Source of the DNA: Pedosphaera sp.
GTDB taxonomy: Bacteria; Verrucomicrobiota; Verrucomicrobiia; Limisphaerales; UBA9464
Direction: 5' to 3'
DNA: 64,000 bases
NCBI GenBank assembly: GCA_009695205.1
Contig: SIBK01000014.1
Location: 1,317-65,316, forward strand
Position numbers and translations under genes: made by a program. The notes under the pieces were generated by a model. It ran no database searches. It was not told where the DNA came from and saw only the letters and a program-made list of their open reading frames with translations. Of this stretch, positions 45,999 through 55,552 are shown in pieces. Within the stretch, counting starts at the first letter, position 1, and each line of letters begins with the position of its first letter.

Positions 45999-46919
45999 AT
46001 GATTATCGAACGAAATTCACAAATCTCCGTGCGGGTGAACCGAAATGTCCGCCACCCCGGGTCTGCATTCACATTAATTGAATTACTGGTCGTCATTGCG
46101 ATTATCGCAATTCTGGCGGGCATGCTTCTGCCTGCGCTCACCCGTGCCAAAGATCGCGCTCAGCTAACCCTCGATCTCAACAATGTGAAGCAAATCCTGT
46201 TGGCCAATCATCTCTATGCCAACGACAATGGCGACTATTGTGCGCATCCAACGTGGGGTGGAGACCTCAGCGGCCCTGACGGTTGGGTTTATGCCACACA
46301 CAACAACGGTCGGATTCCAGGCGGTCCTGCCGCCCCAACTTCCGCCACGGGCAAGGATATCAATTCGGTTCAATTCAGCAATCAGCTCGCTTTTTTCAAG
46401 ATTAGCCAGCTGGGACCTTTCTTGAGTACTCACAGAATCTGCTGGTGCCCGAAAGATGTCGCGACCCGCGGCAGCGGAAAGCTCCAACAGTTGTGGCTTG
46501 CCCGCCCACTGAAGCTCACATCCTATTGCTGGAATGGAACCATCGGCGGATACAATAATATTGGTGCAACCCCCCCATGGCCGGACGGCAGAACCTATAA
46601 ATTAAGCCAGTTTCTGGCGACAGATTGGTTGATGTGGGAACAAAATGAGCTCGACGCATTTAACTTCAACGATGCATCTAACGTGCCGCCGCCTGGAAAT
46701 GCCGGCAACGGCGTCTCAATCCGTCACGCCGGTAATGCGAGCTGGTTCAACATTTCAAATCCGAATGGCAATAGCACCGTCAACAACCTTCCCGGAAGCG
46801 CCGTGATCGGGACGTTTAGTGGCAGCGCTAACCAGGTTAAGTGGATTTACTCGTGGCAATTGATCAACAAGCTTCCTTTACCTAATGAGATCTTCAATGG
46901 CCCGATCTACAGAAAGTAG
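45999..46919 (+). CDS. prepilin-type N-terminal cleavage/methylation domain protein
   Basis: [34 protein letters not shown] is a paralog of the N-terminus of the 1497..2297 gene. Confidence 0.75.
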   Translation: MIIERNSQISVRVNRNVRHPGSAFTLIELLVVIAIIAILAGMLLPALTRAKDRAQLTLDLNNVKQILLANHLYANDNGDYCAHPTWGGDLSGPDGWVYATHNNGRIPGGPAAPTSATGKDINSVQFSNQLAFFKISQLGPFLSTHRICWCPKDVATRGSGKLQQLWLARPLKLTSYCWNGTIGGYNNIGATPPWPDGRTYKLSQFLATDWLMWEQNELDAFNFNDASNVPPPGNAGNGVSIRHAGNASWFNISNPNGNSTVNNLPGSAVIGTFSGSANQVKWIYSWQLINKLPLPNEIFNGPIYRK

Positions 46920-47046
46920 GCCTCGTAATTGAAGAACCTCCGGGAACGTCGCGGCAAGCCCACCGGCAAGCTCCGCGTCCATGTGAGCCGCTATAAATTC
47001 GAGCTCTTCAATCTAGTTAGAAATGGGGTGGCCCGACGCCTCCTCT

Positions 47047-48600
47047 TCAAAATGAGATGTCGACATTGACGACGCGTAGCCGCCAATCCGCAAAAGTGGC
47101 GGCGGTCTTAAATATTCCAAAGGTGTCGAAACGATATCCACAGGACTCGCCATAGACGCTGTCCGGGGAAATGTTCAGCGTCCAGACCGAGCCCGTGGGA
47201 ATCGTGCGCTCTTCGGCCCGTTCCAGGAATCCCTCCAGTTCACGGACCCCGGCACCCAGCCGGCCGATGGTATCGTGCGGCTGCCAGTGCCGGAAGATTC
47301 CTCGGCTTGCGATTAGGCGACGCATCATTGGATTGATCACGGAGGATTGTTGGTGGCCTCGGAACACAGCCCGAACACCGCTGGTTTTAGTCTGCGTCTG
47401 AGCAAGCAAGTACTGGGTGACGTGTTGGCCGTAGACGAAAGCTCGGCCGGGATCGACGGTGAATCCCGGTTCCTCTGCCACGATGGAGAAATCGTTCCAC
47501 ATGAAACCCAGCACGGCGGGAGTCAGGGGATCTTCCGGCGTGAAATCGCGACCGTATCGGGCGTAGGATTGTCGAGAGGCTTCGTCGCTCGGGGGGAACA
47601 ACTCCGGATGGGTCGCAAAAAACTGCAGCTGGTTCAACGCACCGATGAATTGGAAGCGGTTCGTTCCGGAAGCGTCGATGAGGGGGCGCGGGTCGAAGCC
47701 CGGTTCCATTCCGCCGTGATGAACCTGGATGAAATTGCCCGCGGTGCCGAGGTAGATCACCACCGGTAGAAAATCGTAGGCTCGCAGCACCATTTTAGGA
47801 TCGAATTCAGCGTCGTACTTCACGCGTCCTTCGCTTAGGAAGCCGTAGCGCGATGCGATGGAAACCTCTTCGTGATTGCCGCGCGCCAGGAATACCCGGT
47901 CGGGATTGGCCAGTTTCAAGCGCAACAACGTGTACAGCACCTCGACGCCGTAGCGACCGCGATCCGAATAATCACCGCAAAACACCAGATAAAACTGCGG
48001 ACGGATTATCGCGAAGTCCTGCAGATATTTGTGCTCGGTTAGCCACGACATATCCGCCAGCAAGGATCGGATATCGCCGTGTAAATCGGCGTGAATGTAA
48101 ATCTCAGCGCCCGCCGGCATTTCGACTTTTTGCGCAAACGGCTGGAAAGTTAGCGTCGGGGCGGCGGCGAGTCGGTGAGTGTCGTTGATAAAGCTTTGGA
48201 TCAGCGGGGTAGTGGGTGCACGGGGATTGAGAAAATAGGCCGTGTCCGTATTGAAAAACCCGGCGCCACTGGGGAGGCTATTGCCCACCCACAACTGGGT
48301 GTTTCCCATCGGTCCCGTCTTGCATTGGTTGATGAACGCCGTGACGACGTCGCCTAGTTCACGGAAGCGAGGGAGCGGCAGCAGTTCTTTTGGGACGAGA
48401 GAGCTGCGAAGGGCACGGTTTGAGGGCAACCGCGCGCACGCCGCCTGCCAATCCGCTAAGGAACGCAACGCCAAGGTCGCGTTGGTGATTGCCGGGGTGG
48501 TTTCCGAGGGAAGCAGCGCAGCCGTCGCCGGCGTAGCTGCTTCCGCCACCAACATTTGGCACAGCAGCCATGTAATCAGCCCGGTTCGCCAGCGAGACAT
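47047..48600 (-). CDS. secreted PPP-family metallophosphatase
   Basis: A signal-like N-terminus (LITWLLCQMLVAEAATPATA) is followed by the PPP motifs HADLHGD, GDYSDRG and RGNHE. Confidence 0.7.
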   Translation of the reverse strand: MSRWRTGLITWLLCQMLVAEAATPATAALLPSETTPAITNATLALRSLADWQAACARLPSNRALRSSLVPKELLPLPRFRELGDVVTAFINQCKTGPMGNTQLWVGNSLPSGAGFFNTDTAYFLNPRAPTTPLIQSFINDTHRLAAAPTLTFQPFAQKVEMPAGAEIYIHADLHGDIRSLLADMSWLTEHKYLQDFAIIRPQFYLVFCGDYSDRGRYGVEVLYTLLRLKLANPDRVFLARGNHEEVSIASRYGFLSEGRVKYDAEFDPKMVLRAYDFLPVVIYLGTAGNFIQVHHGGMEPGFDPRPLIDASGTNRFQFIGALNQLQFFATHPELFPPSDEASRQSYARYGRDFTPEDPLTPAVLGFMWNDFSIVAEEPGFTVDPGRAFVYGQHVTQYLLAQTQTKTSGVRAVFRGHQQSSVINPMMRRLIASRGIFRHWQPHDTIGRLGAGVRELEGFLERAEERTIPTGSVWTLNISPDSVYGESCGYRFDTFGIFKTAATFADWRLRVVNVDISF

Positions 48601-48814
48601 GACGGATATCCTCGATGACGCGGAACCTCGGCGTCAATTTTTTAGAATCATTTCAACCGACGCTCCGGCGAGTGCCTGCAGAATAACAATTTAAAAACAG
48701 CCCGAACAAATAGGTCCCACATCCACATCGGGTGGGTCGTTCAAAATAATACAATACTATTGACTGACCCTTATTTTTCTGGACGCTGTGCTGTTGTCGG
48801 TTCATCCTTGGGCT

Positions 48815-49120
48815 ATGCAGCCAGCTGATTGTCAGGTGATTGGTACGGAACTCGCGATTCGATGGAGTGGCGGTGCGGAGAGTTTTATTACGCTCGAGAC
48901 TCTCCGGCGGTTTTGCCCCTGCGCAGCCTGCATGGGAGAACAAGACATTTTTGGGAAGACGTACCTTCCCCCCGCGCGCCCCTATGGTCCAGACGCCTTC
49001 CGCCTGCAAGGATTGGAACCGGTCGGCGGCTATGCCATACAGCCTCGCTGGGCCGATGGGCACCGGTCGGGCTTGTATTCTTGGGAGTATCTGAAACGGG
49101 TCGCTGAGGCGTCAACATGA
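48815..49120 (+). CDS. DUF971 domain protein
   Basis: LAIRWSGGAESFITLETLRRFCPCAAC ... GGYAIQPRWADGHRSGLYSWEYL matches the DUF971 (gamma-BBH N-terminal-like) pattern. The start is at ATG 48815. Confidence 0.7.
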   Translation: MQPADCQVIGTELAIRWSGGAESFITLETLRRFCPCAACMGEQDIFGKTYLPPARPYGPDAFRLQGLEPVGGYAIQPRWADGHRSGLYSWEYLKRVAEAST

Positions 49121-49213
49121 GAGCGGTTGAGCGTCGCTGGAACGCCACGCAAGATGCAACGCAATGGGAGGACAAGTCGGAGGAGTGCGAGCTCCCCGAA
49201 TCCAAGCTCCGAT

Positions 49214-49735
49214 TCAGAGACGCAGGATTTTTTCGACGAGGCTGCTCGTGGATTTCCCCGTGAGGAACGGGATGAATACGATTTGCCCGCCGGCAGATTC
49301 CACCGTGTGGCGTTCGTCCTTGTCGATCGTTTCCAGAGAATAATCGCCCCCCTTCACCCACACGTCGGGGCGCACTCGTTCAAGAAAATGACCCGCACGT
49401 TTCTCCGGGAAGATTGTGACGGCATCCACGGCTGCGAGAGCAGCGAGTAGGCGAGCTCGGTCTGCTTCCGAATTGATCGGGCGCGAGGGTCCCTTCAGGG
49501 CGGCAACGCTGGCGTCGCCATTCACGCCGATGAGTAGCAGGTCGCCCTGCGATCGGGCGGCTTCGAGGTAGGCAATGTGGCCGGTGTGAAGCAGATCAAA
49601 GCAACCGTTGGTTACAACTAACCGGCGACCGGCTCGACGCTGATCCTCCCGCCAGGCGGGGATTTCGGCCAAGGACAACACCTTTGGGCTTGTAGTCACC
49701 CGGCGAGTGTCACGGAACTGGGCGGACCCCGGCAA
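49214..49735 (-). CDS. D-glycero-beta-D-manno-heptose 1-phosphate adenylyltransferase (RfaE domain II-like cytidylyltransferase)
   Basis: VVTNGCFDLLHTGHIAYLEAARSQGDLLLIGVNGDASV is the cytidylyltransferase HxGH motif context of HldE/RfaE domain II. Confidence 0.8.
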   Translation of the reverse strand: MPGSAQFRDTRRVTTSPKVLSLAEIPAWREDQRRAGRRLVVTNGCFDLLHTGHIAYLEAARSQGDLLLIGVNGDASVAALKGPSRPINSEADRARLLAALAAVDAVTIFPEKRAGHFLERVRPDVWVKGGDYSLETIDKDERHTVESAGGQIVFIPFLTGKSTSSLVEKILRL

Positions 49736-49768
49736 ATAAGAAATCGTCCCCGCGGATCCAACGCCCGC

Positions 49769-52129
49769 CTAATTTGTCTGAGAGGTCGCAGGGCGATTCG
49801 GATCGCCATCGCCCCGGCGGTATTGGAAGGGAACGCTTTCCACAATGCTCTGAGCGAGGCTTGCAAAAGTGACGCCCTGTTTTTCCATTCGCGCGAGAAT
49901 TTTTTTCACGGCGGGCTGATCGTAGTACTCGAGTCCGCGCCCGAGGGAATAGGTGAGAAGTTTTTCGGTGACGCAATGGAGAAAATCGGCCCGGCGCGAC
50001 CCGGCCAGAATTCGCTTCAAGCCTTCGGGGCCTGCAAATTTCTCTCCACTGACCAGTACCCCGGCAGGGTCGATGGGGTCCTTCCCATCGAGATCGCGCC
50101 ACCGTCCGATAGCGTCAAAATTTTCGAATGCGAACCCAATGGGATCCATCCGCGCATGACAGCTGGCGCAGAGGACATTATCCCGGTGCTGCTCCATTTT
50201 TTGGCGAAGAGTTCCGGTCAGTTCTTCTCCGGCCTTGAGTTCTGGGACGTTTGGAGGGGGAGGTAGCGGTGGGGTACCGAGCAAATTGTCGAGGACGTAC
50301 TTGCCTCTCTTCACCGGCGATGTTCGCGTGGGGTTCGAGGTTAATGTCAGCAGGCTGCCATGGGTCAGGAGTCCTCCACGCGGCGTGTTCTTCAAGGACA
50401 CTCGCACGAAATCATTGCCGGTCACCCCCTTGATGCCGTAGTGCTCAGCGAGCGACTGGTTTACAAAGGTGTAGTCGGCGTCGATCAATTCTGTGACCGG
50501 CCGGTTTGCCTGCACGACATGGCGGAGGAACCTCTCCGTCTCCTCCCGCATGGCATCGCGGAGCCTGTTATCGTATGAGGGAAACTTTTTCCGATCCGGT
50601 GCGGCGATGTCGAGCAGACGCAGGTTCAGCCATTGCGAAGCAAAATTGTCGACCAGAGCGGAGGATTTCGGATGGGAAAGCATTCGGGACACTTGAGATG
50701 CCAGGTTGCTTCGAAGCCGGCCCTGTTTCGCCAGATTCGTGAGCTCGGAGTCCGGCATCGTGCTCCACAGAAAATAACTCAGCCGCGACGCAAGCGCATA
50801 CTCGCCAACCCGATGAACCGAGAGAGGGTTGTCCGGCTCGGGTTGCAACTCGCCCCTAAATAGAAAGTGTGGAGAGACCAAGACCGCATTGCAGGCCAGC
50901 TTGATCCCCGATTCGAAATTTTCCTGGTTCTCCCGCGCCTGTTTGTACAAACCCAACAGACGGTCCACCTCCCCGCGGGTAGCGGGACGACGGAAGGCCC
51001 GGCTGGTGAAACGTTCCAGGATTTCCTTCGCCACCGCCGTTTCGTTTCCGTTCGCGGGTTTCCGGAAGAAAATGTCGCGATGCGACGCCGGTAGCAGCGG
51101 CCACTCGGTGTTGGGAGGACCCGCCCAGGAGATTTTCGAAACCACCAACTTTCGCTCCACTTTCTTACCCTTTACCTGGGGGATCGGCTCGGTCGCCTTG
51201 ATCATGGCAATCTTCACCCGCTGCTCCCCGCGACTCCGTGTGAGCGGGTATTCGAACGTCTTTTGATTTTCACGGCTTGCTTTGACTTCAAAAATCTTGC
51301 TGGGCTCGTCGTTTACGCCGACAGCCATCCGCACGGCTTCTTTCGTTCCGGGGGAGGCCCCGGCTGTTATTCGAAGCACGTGGTCTCCGGATTGCCTGTT
51401 CGTGGTTGTGAGGGTGAACTCCCCCTCATAGTCCAGCTTTCGACCATCCGGACGTCGCTCTCCTCCTTCAAATTCATCGGTGCCAAAACTTCGAACCTCG
51501 GGTGGGAGCGGACCTGTTACGATAGCCGCATCCATCACTTTTTGGGCGGCCCGCAGGTACTTCTCAAGCAGGAGGGGGGGGAGCGACAGAACATCGCCGA
51601 TGTTGTCGAAGCCGTACCCGACGTCGTCCTGGGGGAAATCTTCCGCGGGCTTAAAATCCACACCGACTAAATCGCGGATGGTGTTGTTGTATTCGGTGCG
51701 ATTGAGTCGACGCACCGTGACTCGCCCTGGGTCGGGATGATTTGGATCCATGGGGAACAGCGTTTTCTCGATCCAATCGACCAATAGTTCCCGTTGTGCT
51801 GGACTTGGCTGGGGTTTCTTCTGTGGCGGCATTTCTCCGTTCCGAAGATTCAGCAGGACATGCTCCCACGTTTTGCGATTCGCGAGAACGGCCGCCGCGT
51901 TTGTGTACGCGTCGAGCGTCAGGTCCCCCTTTTTCATGCCGTCACCATGGCAGTCCCAGCAATACTGATTCAGAACAGGCAACACCTGCTTTTCAAACGC
52001 CAGTGCCGCCGCTTTTAGATCCATCCCGACCCTCCGTGACGGATGGGTACGGACCCACGCCAGACGGGCACTTACGAGTGTTCCTGTCAGGAGAAGAGAC
52101 AAAATGACGAGCTGTTTTCTCATCCGCAT
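49769..52129 (-). CDS. cytochrome-c-containing DUF1587/DUF1595/DUF1592/DUF1588/DUF1585 protein
   Basis: It has a signal peptide, the heme motif CWDCHGDG, RLNRTEYNNTIRDL, ASRLSYFLWSTMPD, RTSPVKRGKYVLDNLLG and CASCHARMDPIGFAFENFDAIG. Confidence 0.85.
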   Translation of the reverse strand: MRMRKQLVILSLLLTGTLVSARLAWVRTHPSRRVGMDLKAAALAFEKQVLPVLNQYCWDCHGDGMKKGDLTLDAYTNAAAVLANRKTWEHVLLNLRNGEMPPQKKPQPSPAQRELLVDWIEKTLFPMDPNHPDPGRVTVRRLNRTEYNNTIRDLVGVDFKPAEDFPQDDVGYGFDNIGDVLSLPPLLLEKYLRAAQKVMDAAIVTGPLPPEVRSFGTDEFEGGERRPDGRKLDYEGEFTLTTTNRQSGDHVLRITAGASPGTKEAVRMAVGVNDEPSKIFEVKASRENQKTFEYPLTRSRGEQRVKIAMIKATEPIPQVKGKKVERKLVVSKISWAGPPNTEWPLLPASHRDIFFRKPANGNETAVAKEILERFTSRAFRRPATRGEVDRLLGLYKQARENQENFESGIKLACNAVLVSPHFLFRGELQPEPDNPLSVHRVGEYALASRLSYFLWSTMPDSELTNLAKQGRLRSNLASQVSRMLSHPKSSALVDNFASQWLNLRLLDIAAPDRKKFPSYDNRLRDAMREETERFLRHVVQANRPVTELIDADYTFVNQSLAEHYGIKGVTGNDFVRVSLKNTPRGGLLTHGSLLTLTSNPTRTSPVKRGKYVLDNLLGTPPLPPPPNVPELKAGEELTGTLRQKMEQHRDNVLCASCHARMDPIGFAFENFDAIGRWRDLDGKDPIDPAGVLVSGEKFAGPEGLKRILAGSRRADFLHCVTEKLLTYSLGRGLEYYDQPAVKKILARMEKQGVTFASLAQSIVESVPFQYRRGDGDPNRPATSQTN

Positions 52130-52272
52130 TTTACGTCCACGCAGTATCCGTCATCTTAAGCGAAAATCAACGGGCACGGAAGGAGAGGATCATGATTTTT
52201 CGGCGTAACGGACGAGACTTCCAGCCCACCGAGTTCGACAGCGCTTGGAAATTGGGAGAACCGTCGGTTGAA

Positions 52273-52791
52273 TCATTTTGGCTTACCGACCGAAACTGCC
52301 AGTCGTGGCCACAGCGGTCGCAGATCCTCATCGCGTAAGGCCATCGTTCGCAGGTCTTCAGGTCGGCCACGCTTGACCGCGGTTTCAAACCACAACCAGG
52401 CTTCATCGAGTTTCCCCAGTTGTGCGGAGTAACATGCCAAATTGTACGGAATGATCGGTTCCTTCGGAAACAGGGCGTCTGCGGGAATGAGACACTCGAA
52501 CGCGAGTGCCAATCCGCCGGCCGTACGTCGCCGTGCCGCGTAGGCGCGCTGGATCCACCCCCCTGGGAATTGGCCCCACAGATCGATACTCTGCTGGGCG
52601 ACGGAAAACGCGGCATCCCATTGGCGGCCGGCGGCGAACACCTGCCACTGAAGGTCTAGGTACCTGGGATGCCTGCGGCCATCCGGGCTCAATTGGTTGA
52701 GTTCCGTCTGCGCGTCACCGGGAGCGCCCAGAAGCAGCCAGCCTTCCGCGGCGTTCGCCAAATGGGAATTCGGTGTGGACAATTTGATCAT
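52273..52791 (-). CDS. tetratricopeptide-repeat protein
   Basis: Helical TPR-like repeats are present (YNLACYSAQLGKLDEAWLWFETAV). The ORF is 172 aa. Confidence 0.6.
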   Translation of the reverse strand: MIKLSTPNSHLANAAEGWLLLGAPGDAQTELNQLSPDGRRHPRYLDLQWQVFAAGRQWDAAFSVAQQSIDLWGQFPGGWIQRAYAARRRTAGGLALAFECLIPADALFPKEPIIPYNLACYSAQLGKLDEAWLWFETAVKRGRPEDLRTMALRDEDLRPLWPRLAVSVGKPK

Positions 52792-52805
52792 GCAGACACC
52801 CTCTC

Positions 52806-52901
52806 CATGAACCGTCCTGTAGTAGTCGCGGACGGCAGTCCGCGCAACTCTCGTCCCTGTAAGGGTTCATGGTCCCAATTCATGTCCATTCGTTGGAAAA
52901 C
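52806..52901 (+). repeat. structured ~96-nt repeat, copy C
   Basis: It has the same orientation as copies A and B. The central 26 nt (GTAGTCGCGGACGGCAGTCCGCGCAA) and the 3' 38 nt are identical to copy A. Confidence 0.7.
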
Positions 52902-53040
52902 TTTGATACCCAAGAGCCAGCCGATGCTTTACCTGAAAATCAAACCCACGAGAGGGGACACGTTTCTGCAGGGGGCATCGGATCCGCTTGGAATTCGCTC
53001 CAATCCATTTCACGATCTAACGTCCGCCGGAGATATACCG

Positions 53041-53835
53041 ATGTCAAAACCTCTTCCACCGTCACCGGCGATCCTCTGGTTCCTCGAGCGCCATCCAGGT
53101 TCCATCGTTTTCGGGCAAGTACGAATCGAACGGCTGGAAAACGGATTTTGCCTGCGTTCGACGGCGGACAAGGATCAGTCGGTCGGATCGCTTCGGGAGT
53201 ATTCCGTGACCGGGATGCGGGAATTGGCCCAATTCAATGCGGCGGGCGATTTCCGGCCCTTGAAAAGCGCTCCGGATCTTCGGGTGGGCTGGGTGTGTTT
53301 TGTCGAAGACGCGAGGCAACTAGAAGAGACATTAGACCGGCTGTATCCGGGGGGAGTGGTGGATGCCTGGGCCGCCCGGGTCAAACCGCCACCCGTCACT
53401 CACTACCGGGAATTCGTGGGTCGCCAGACGGGCATGTACCGAGTAGCTCAACAATTGAGCGACGCGGGTGTCGCGGAGGTGATTCGAGCGACGTGCGATT
53501 CACGCCATTGTTTGAAGCGCCGATTTTGGAAGGTGGAGGGCCTGGCGGGGGATCCCTCGGACGCGACGAGCGACATTGCCTGCCTTGAACCTTGCGCCGT
53601 GCTGCTTGAGTGTGCCCGGCGCGCTGCGCGATTGGCTCAGGAAGAGTGCATTTCAATGGGACTGGTCGAAGGGGATCGGGCTGTCCTGATGGCTGCATTG
53701 GAACAAACCTTGTCGCATCCGGCACCGGGTGTGCGTGCGGGCGATTTGGGGCATCCGCTCAACCCGCGGCGGATTTGCTTGGTGCTGGAAAAGTTGCGCC
53801 GAACACCGGGCCTCCCACCGAGTACGGCGTCCTGA
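53041..53835 (+). CDS. hypothetical protein, possibly DR2241-family (Cys-rich Fe-S-like domain)
   Basis: I chose the start at MSKPLPP (ATG 53041), downstream of repeat copy C. FRPLKSAPDLRVGW, RQTGMYRV and the cysteine pattern CDSRHC...CLEPC recall DR2241-family proteins. This is from memory only. Confidence 0.35.
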   Translation: MSKPLPPSPAILWFLERHPGSIVFGQVRIERLENGFCLRSTADKDQSVGSLREYSVTGMRELAQFNAAGDFRPLKSAPDLRVGWVCFVEDARQLEETLDRLYPGGVVDAWAARVKPPPVTHYREFVGRQTGMYRVAQQLSDAGVAEVIRATCDSRHCLKRRFWKVEGLAGDPSDATSDIACLEPCAVLLECARRAARLAQEECISMGLVEGDRAVLMAALEQTLSHPAPGVRAGDLGHPLNPRRICLVLEKLRRTPGLPPSTAS

Positions 53836-54023
53836 TCTGCCAGCATGGCATCGATGGCCTGATCGGGTGCGGAGAACCGACTGATAAACGGCGACCCCCG
53901 GAATGGAATTCAGAGATCGTCGTTACTGGAAATCCGGACATGGGGCAGTACACGGAAGGCGGCTTGGAGCCCATCGCTGTCTTCGGCAGATCCGATGGCG
54001 ACCCTTCTTGAGTCCACCGCAAT

Positions 54024-55493
54024 TCACGCCAGAAGCTTTCTCACAACTTCCCCGGAGACGTCTGTGAGACGGAAATCTCGGCCTTGGAAGCGGTAGGTTA
54101 ATTTCTCATGGTGGATCCCCAGGCAATGCAGGATGGTGGCTTGGAAATCATTAACGGTTACTGGATCTTCCACCGCGTTATAGCCGAGTTCGTCGGTCGC
54201 GCCGAGGGTCATGCCCGGCTTGATGCCCCCGCCCGCCATCCAGGTCGTGAAGGATTTCATATGATGGTCCCGACCGTAGTTGCCATTCGCCATCTCTCCC
54301 TGGTTCATCGGGGTGCGCCCGAATTCGCCGCCCCAAATGACGAGCGTGTCATCGAGTAGACCCCGCTGCTTCAAGTCGCGAATGAGAGCCGCGGACGGAC
54401 GGTCGACATTTTGGCATGTCTTGGCGATTTCTGCGGGTAGGTTCCCGTGGTGATCCCAGCCGCGATGATAGAGTTGAACAAAGCGCACGCCGCGCTCTAC
54501 GAGACGTCGGGCGAGCAGACAGTTGTTGGCGAACGAGGATTTGCCCGGCTCCGCGCCGTAGGTATCGAGGATATCCTTGGGTTCCTTTTTTAGATCCATC
54601 AACTCCGGCACACTGGACTGCATCCGGTAGGCCATCTCGTAGGATTGAATGCGCGTGTTAATCTCGGGATCGCCCACAGCATCGAGCTTCAATTGATTCA
54701 GATCGCGCACGCCGTCGAGGAGGCGGCGGCGGACCTTGTCGTCGATGCCTTTCGGGTTCGACGCAAAAAGGATCGGCTCGCCCTGAGAACGAAACTCAAC
54801 GCCTTGATGGTTGCTGGGTAGAAACCCGCTACCCCAATAGCGCGAGAGCAATGGCTGGTCCTGACCGAAACCGGAGGTGAGCACGACAAATGCCGGCAAC
54901 TGCTCGTTCTCGCTGCCCAAGCCGTAGGAAAGCCACGAGCCGATCGCGGGCCTCCCGGCCTGGCTGGTGCCCGTTTGCATCATGGTGACGCCTGGATCGT
55001 GATTGATGGCCTCGGTGTGGAGAGATCGAATAAGCGCGATCTCGTCCGCCACGCCCGCGATGTGCGGAAGCAGTTCTGAGATCTCCGCGCCGGATTTTCC
55101 GTGCCGCGCGAACTTAAACTTCGTGCCGACGCAGGTGAGCTTCAGCCCGGCGAGCTGGGCGATGCGCTGGCCCTTGGTATAGCTCTCGGGCATCGGCTTG
55201 CCGTTTAGTTCGATCAGTTTCGGTTTGTAGTCATACAAATCCAACTGCGACGGCGCGCCGGACTGAAAGAGGTAAATCACCCGCTTCGCCCGGGCGGCGA
55301 ACTGCAACGGATGGAGCTTGGCGCCTGACGGAGACGGAGCCGCCGCTGTCTTGGCTTTCTTGGCGGCCGCAAACAGGTTTTGGTTCAGCAATGATGCCAG
55401 GGCAAGCGTGCCGAGTCCTCGGGCGGAACGGTCGAAGAAGTGGCGGCGCGTCATGGCCTGGAGGTGGGCTTGGCGGAGATCGTTGTGGTACAT
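54024..55493 (-). CDS. DUF1501 domain protein (Tat signal)
   Basis: TRRHFFDRSARGLGTLALASL is a Tat signal. It is a paralog of 25198..26640. It lies directly downstream of the DUF1549/DUF1553 gene, which is the canonical pairing. Confidence 0.85.
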   Translation of the reverse strand: MYHNDLRQAHLQAMTRRHFFDRSARGLGTLALASLLNQNLFAAAKKAKTAAAPSPSGAKLHPLQFAARAKRVIYLFQSGAPSQLDLYDYKPKLIELNGKPMPESYTKGQRIAQLAGLKLTCVGTKFKFARHGKSGAEISELLPHIAGVADEIALIRSLHTEAINHDPGVTMMQTGTSQAGRPAIGSWLSYGLGSENEQLPAFVVLTSGFGQDQPLLSRYWGSGFLPSNHQGVEFRSQGEPILFASNPKGIDDKVRRRLLDGVRDLNQLKLDAVGDPEINTRIQSYEMAYRMQSSVPELMDLKKEPKDILDTYGAEPGKSSFANNCLLARRLVERGVRFVQLYHRGWDHHGNLPAEIAKTCQNVDRPSAALIRDLKQRGLLDDTLVIWGGEFGRTPMNQGEMANGNYGRDHHMKSFTTWMAGGGIKPGMTLGATDELGYNAVEDPVTVNDFQATILHCLGIHHEKLTYRFQGRDFRLTDVSGEVVRKLLA

Positions 55494-55552
55494 GGATGTA
55501 TGGAATTTGGAGTCAACAGGGGTGGGTGATCACGGATCACAGGTCCGCCCGC

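Noticed and set aside
51574-51581. A G8 homopolymer (C8 on the coding strand, encoding SLPPLL) inside the DUF1592-type gene, as a possible slipped-strand phase-variation site.
   Set aside because: Several runs of this length are expected by chance in 64 kb of GC-rich DNA. The gene is intact and nothing else suggests contingency-locus behaviour.
52669-53040. An N-terminal 124-codon extension of the ORF 52669..53835. It overlaps the TPR gene and reads through repeat copy C.
   Set aside because: The extension overlaps the opposite-strand TPR gene and contains the repeat. I preferred the start at ATG 53041. The same logic trimmed the ORFs at 11077, 4220, 9328, 9933, 15801, 19776, 23201, 24444, 36696, 41118, 45846, 48788 and 60372.
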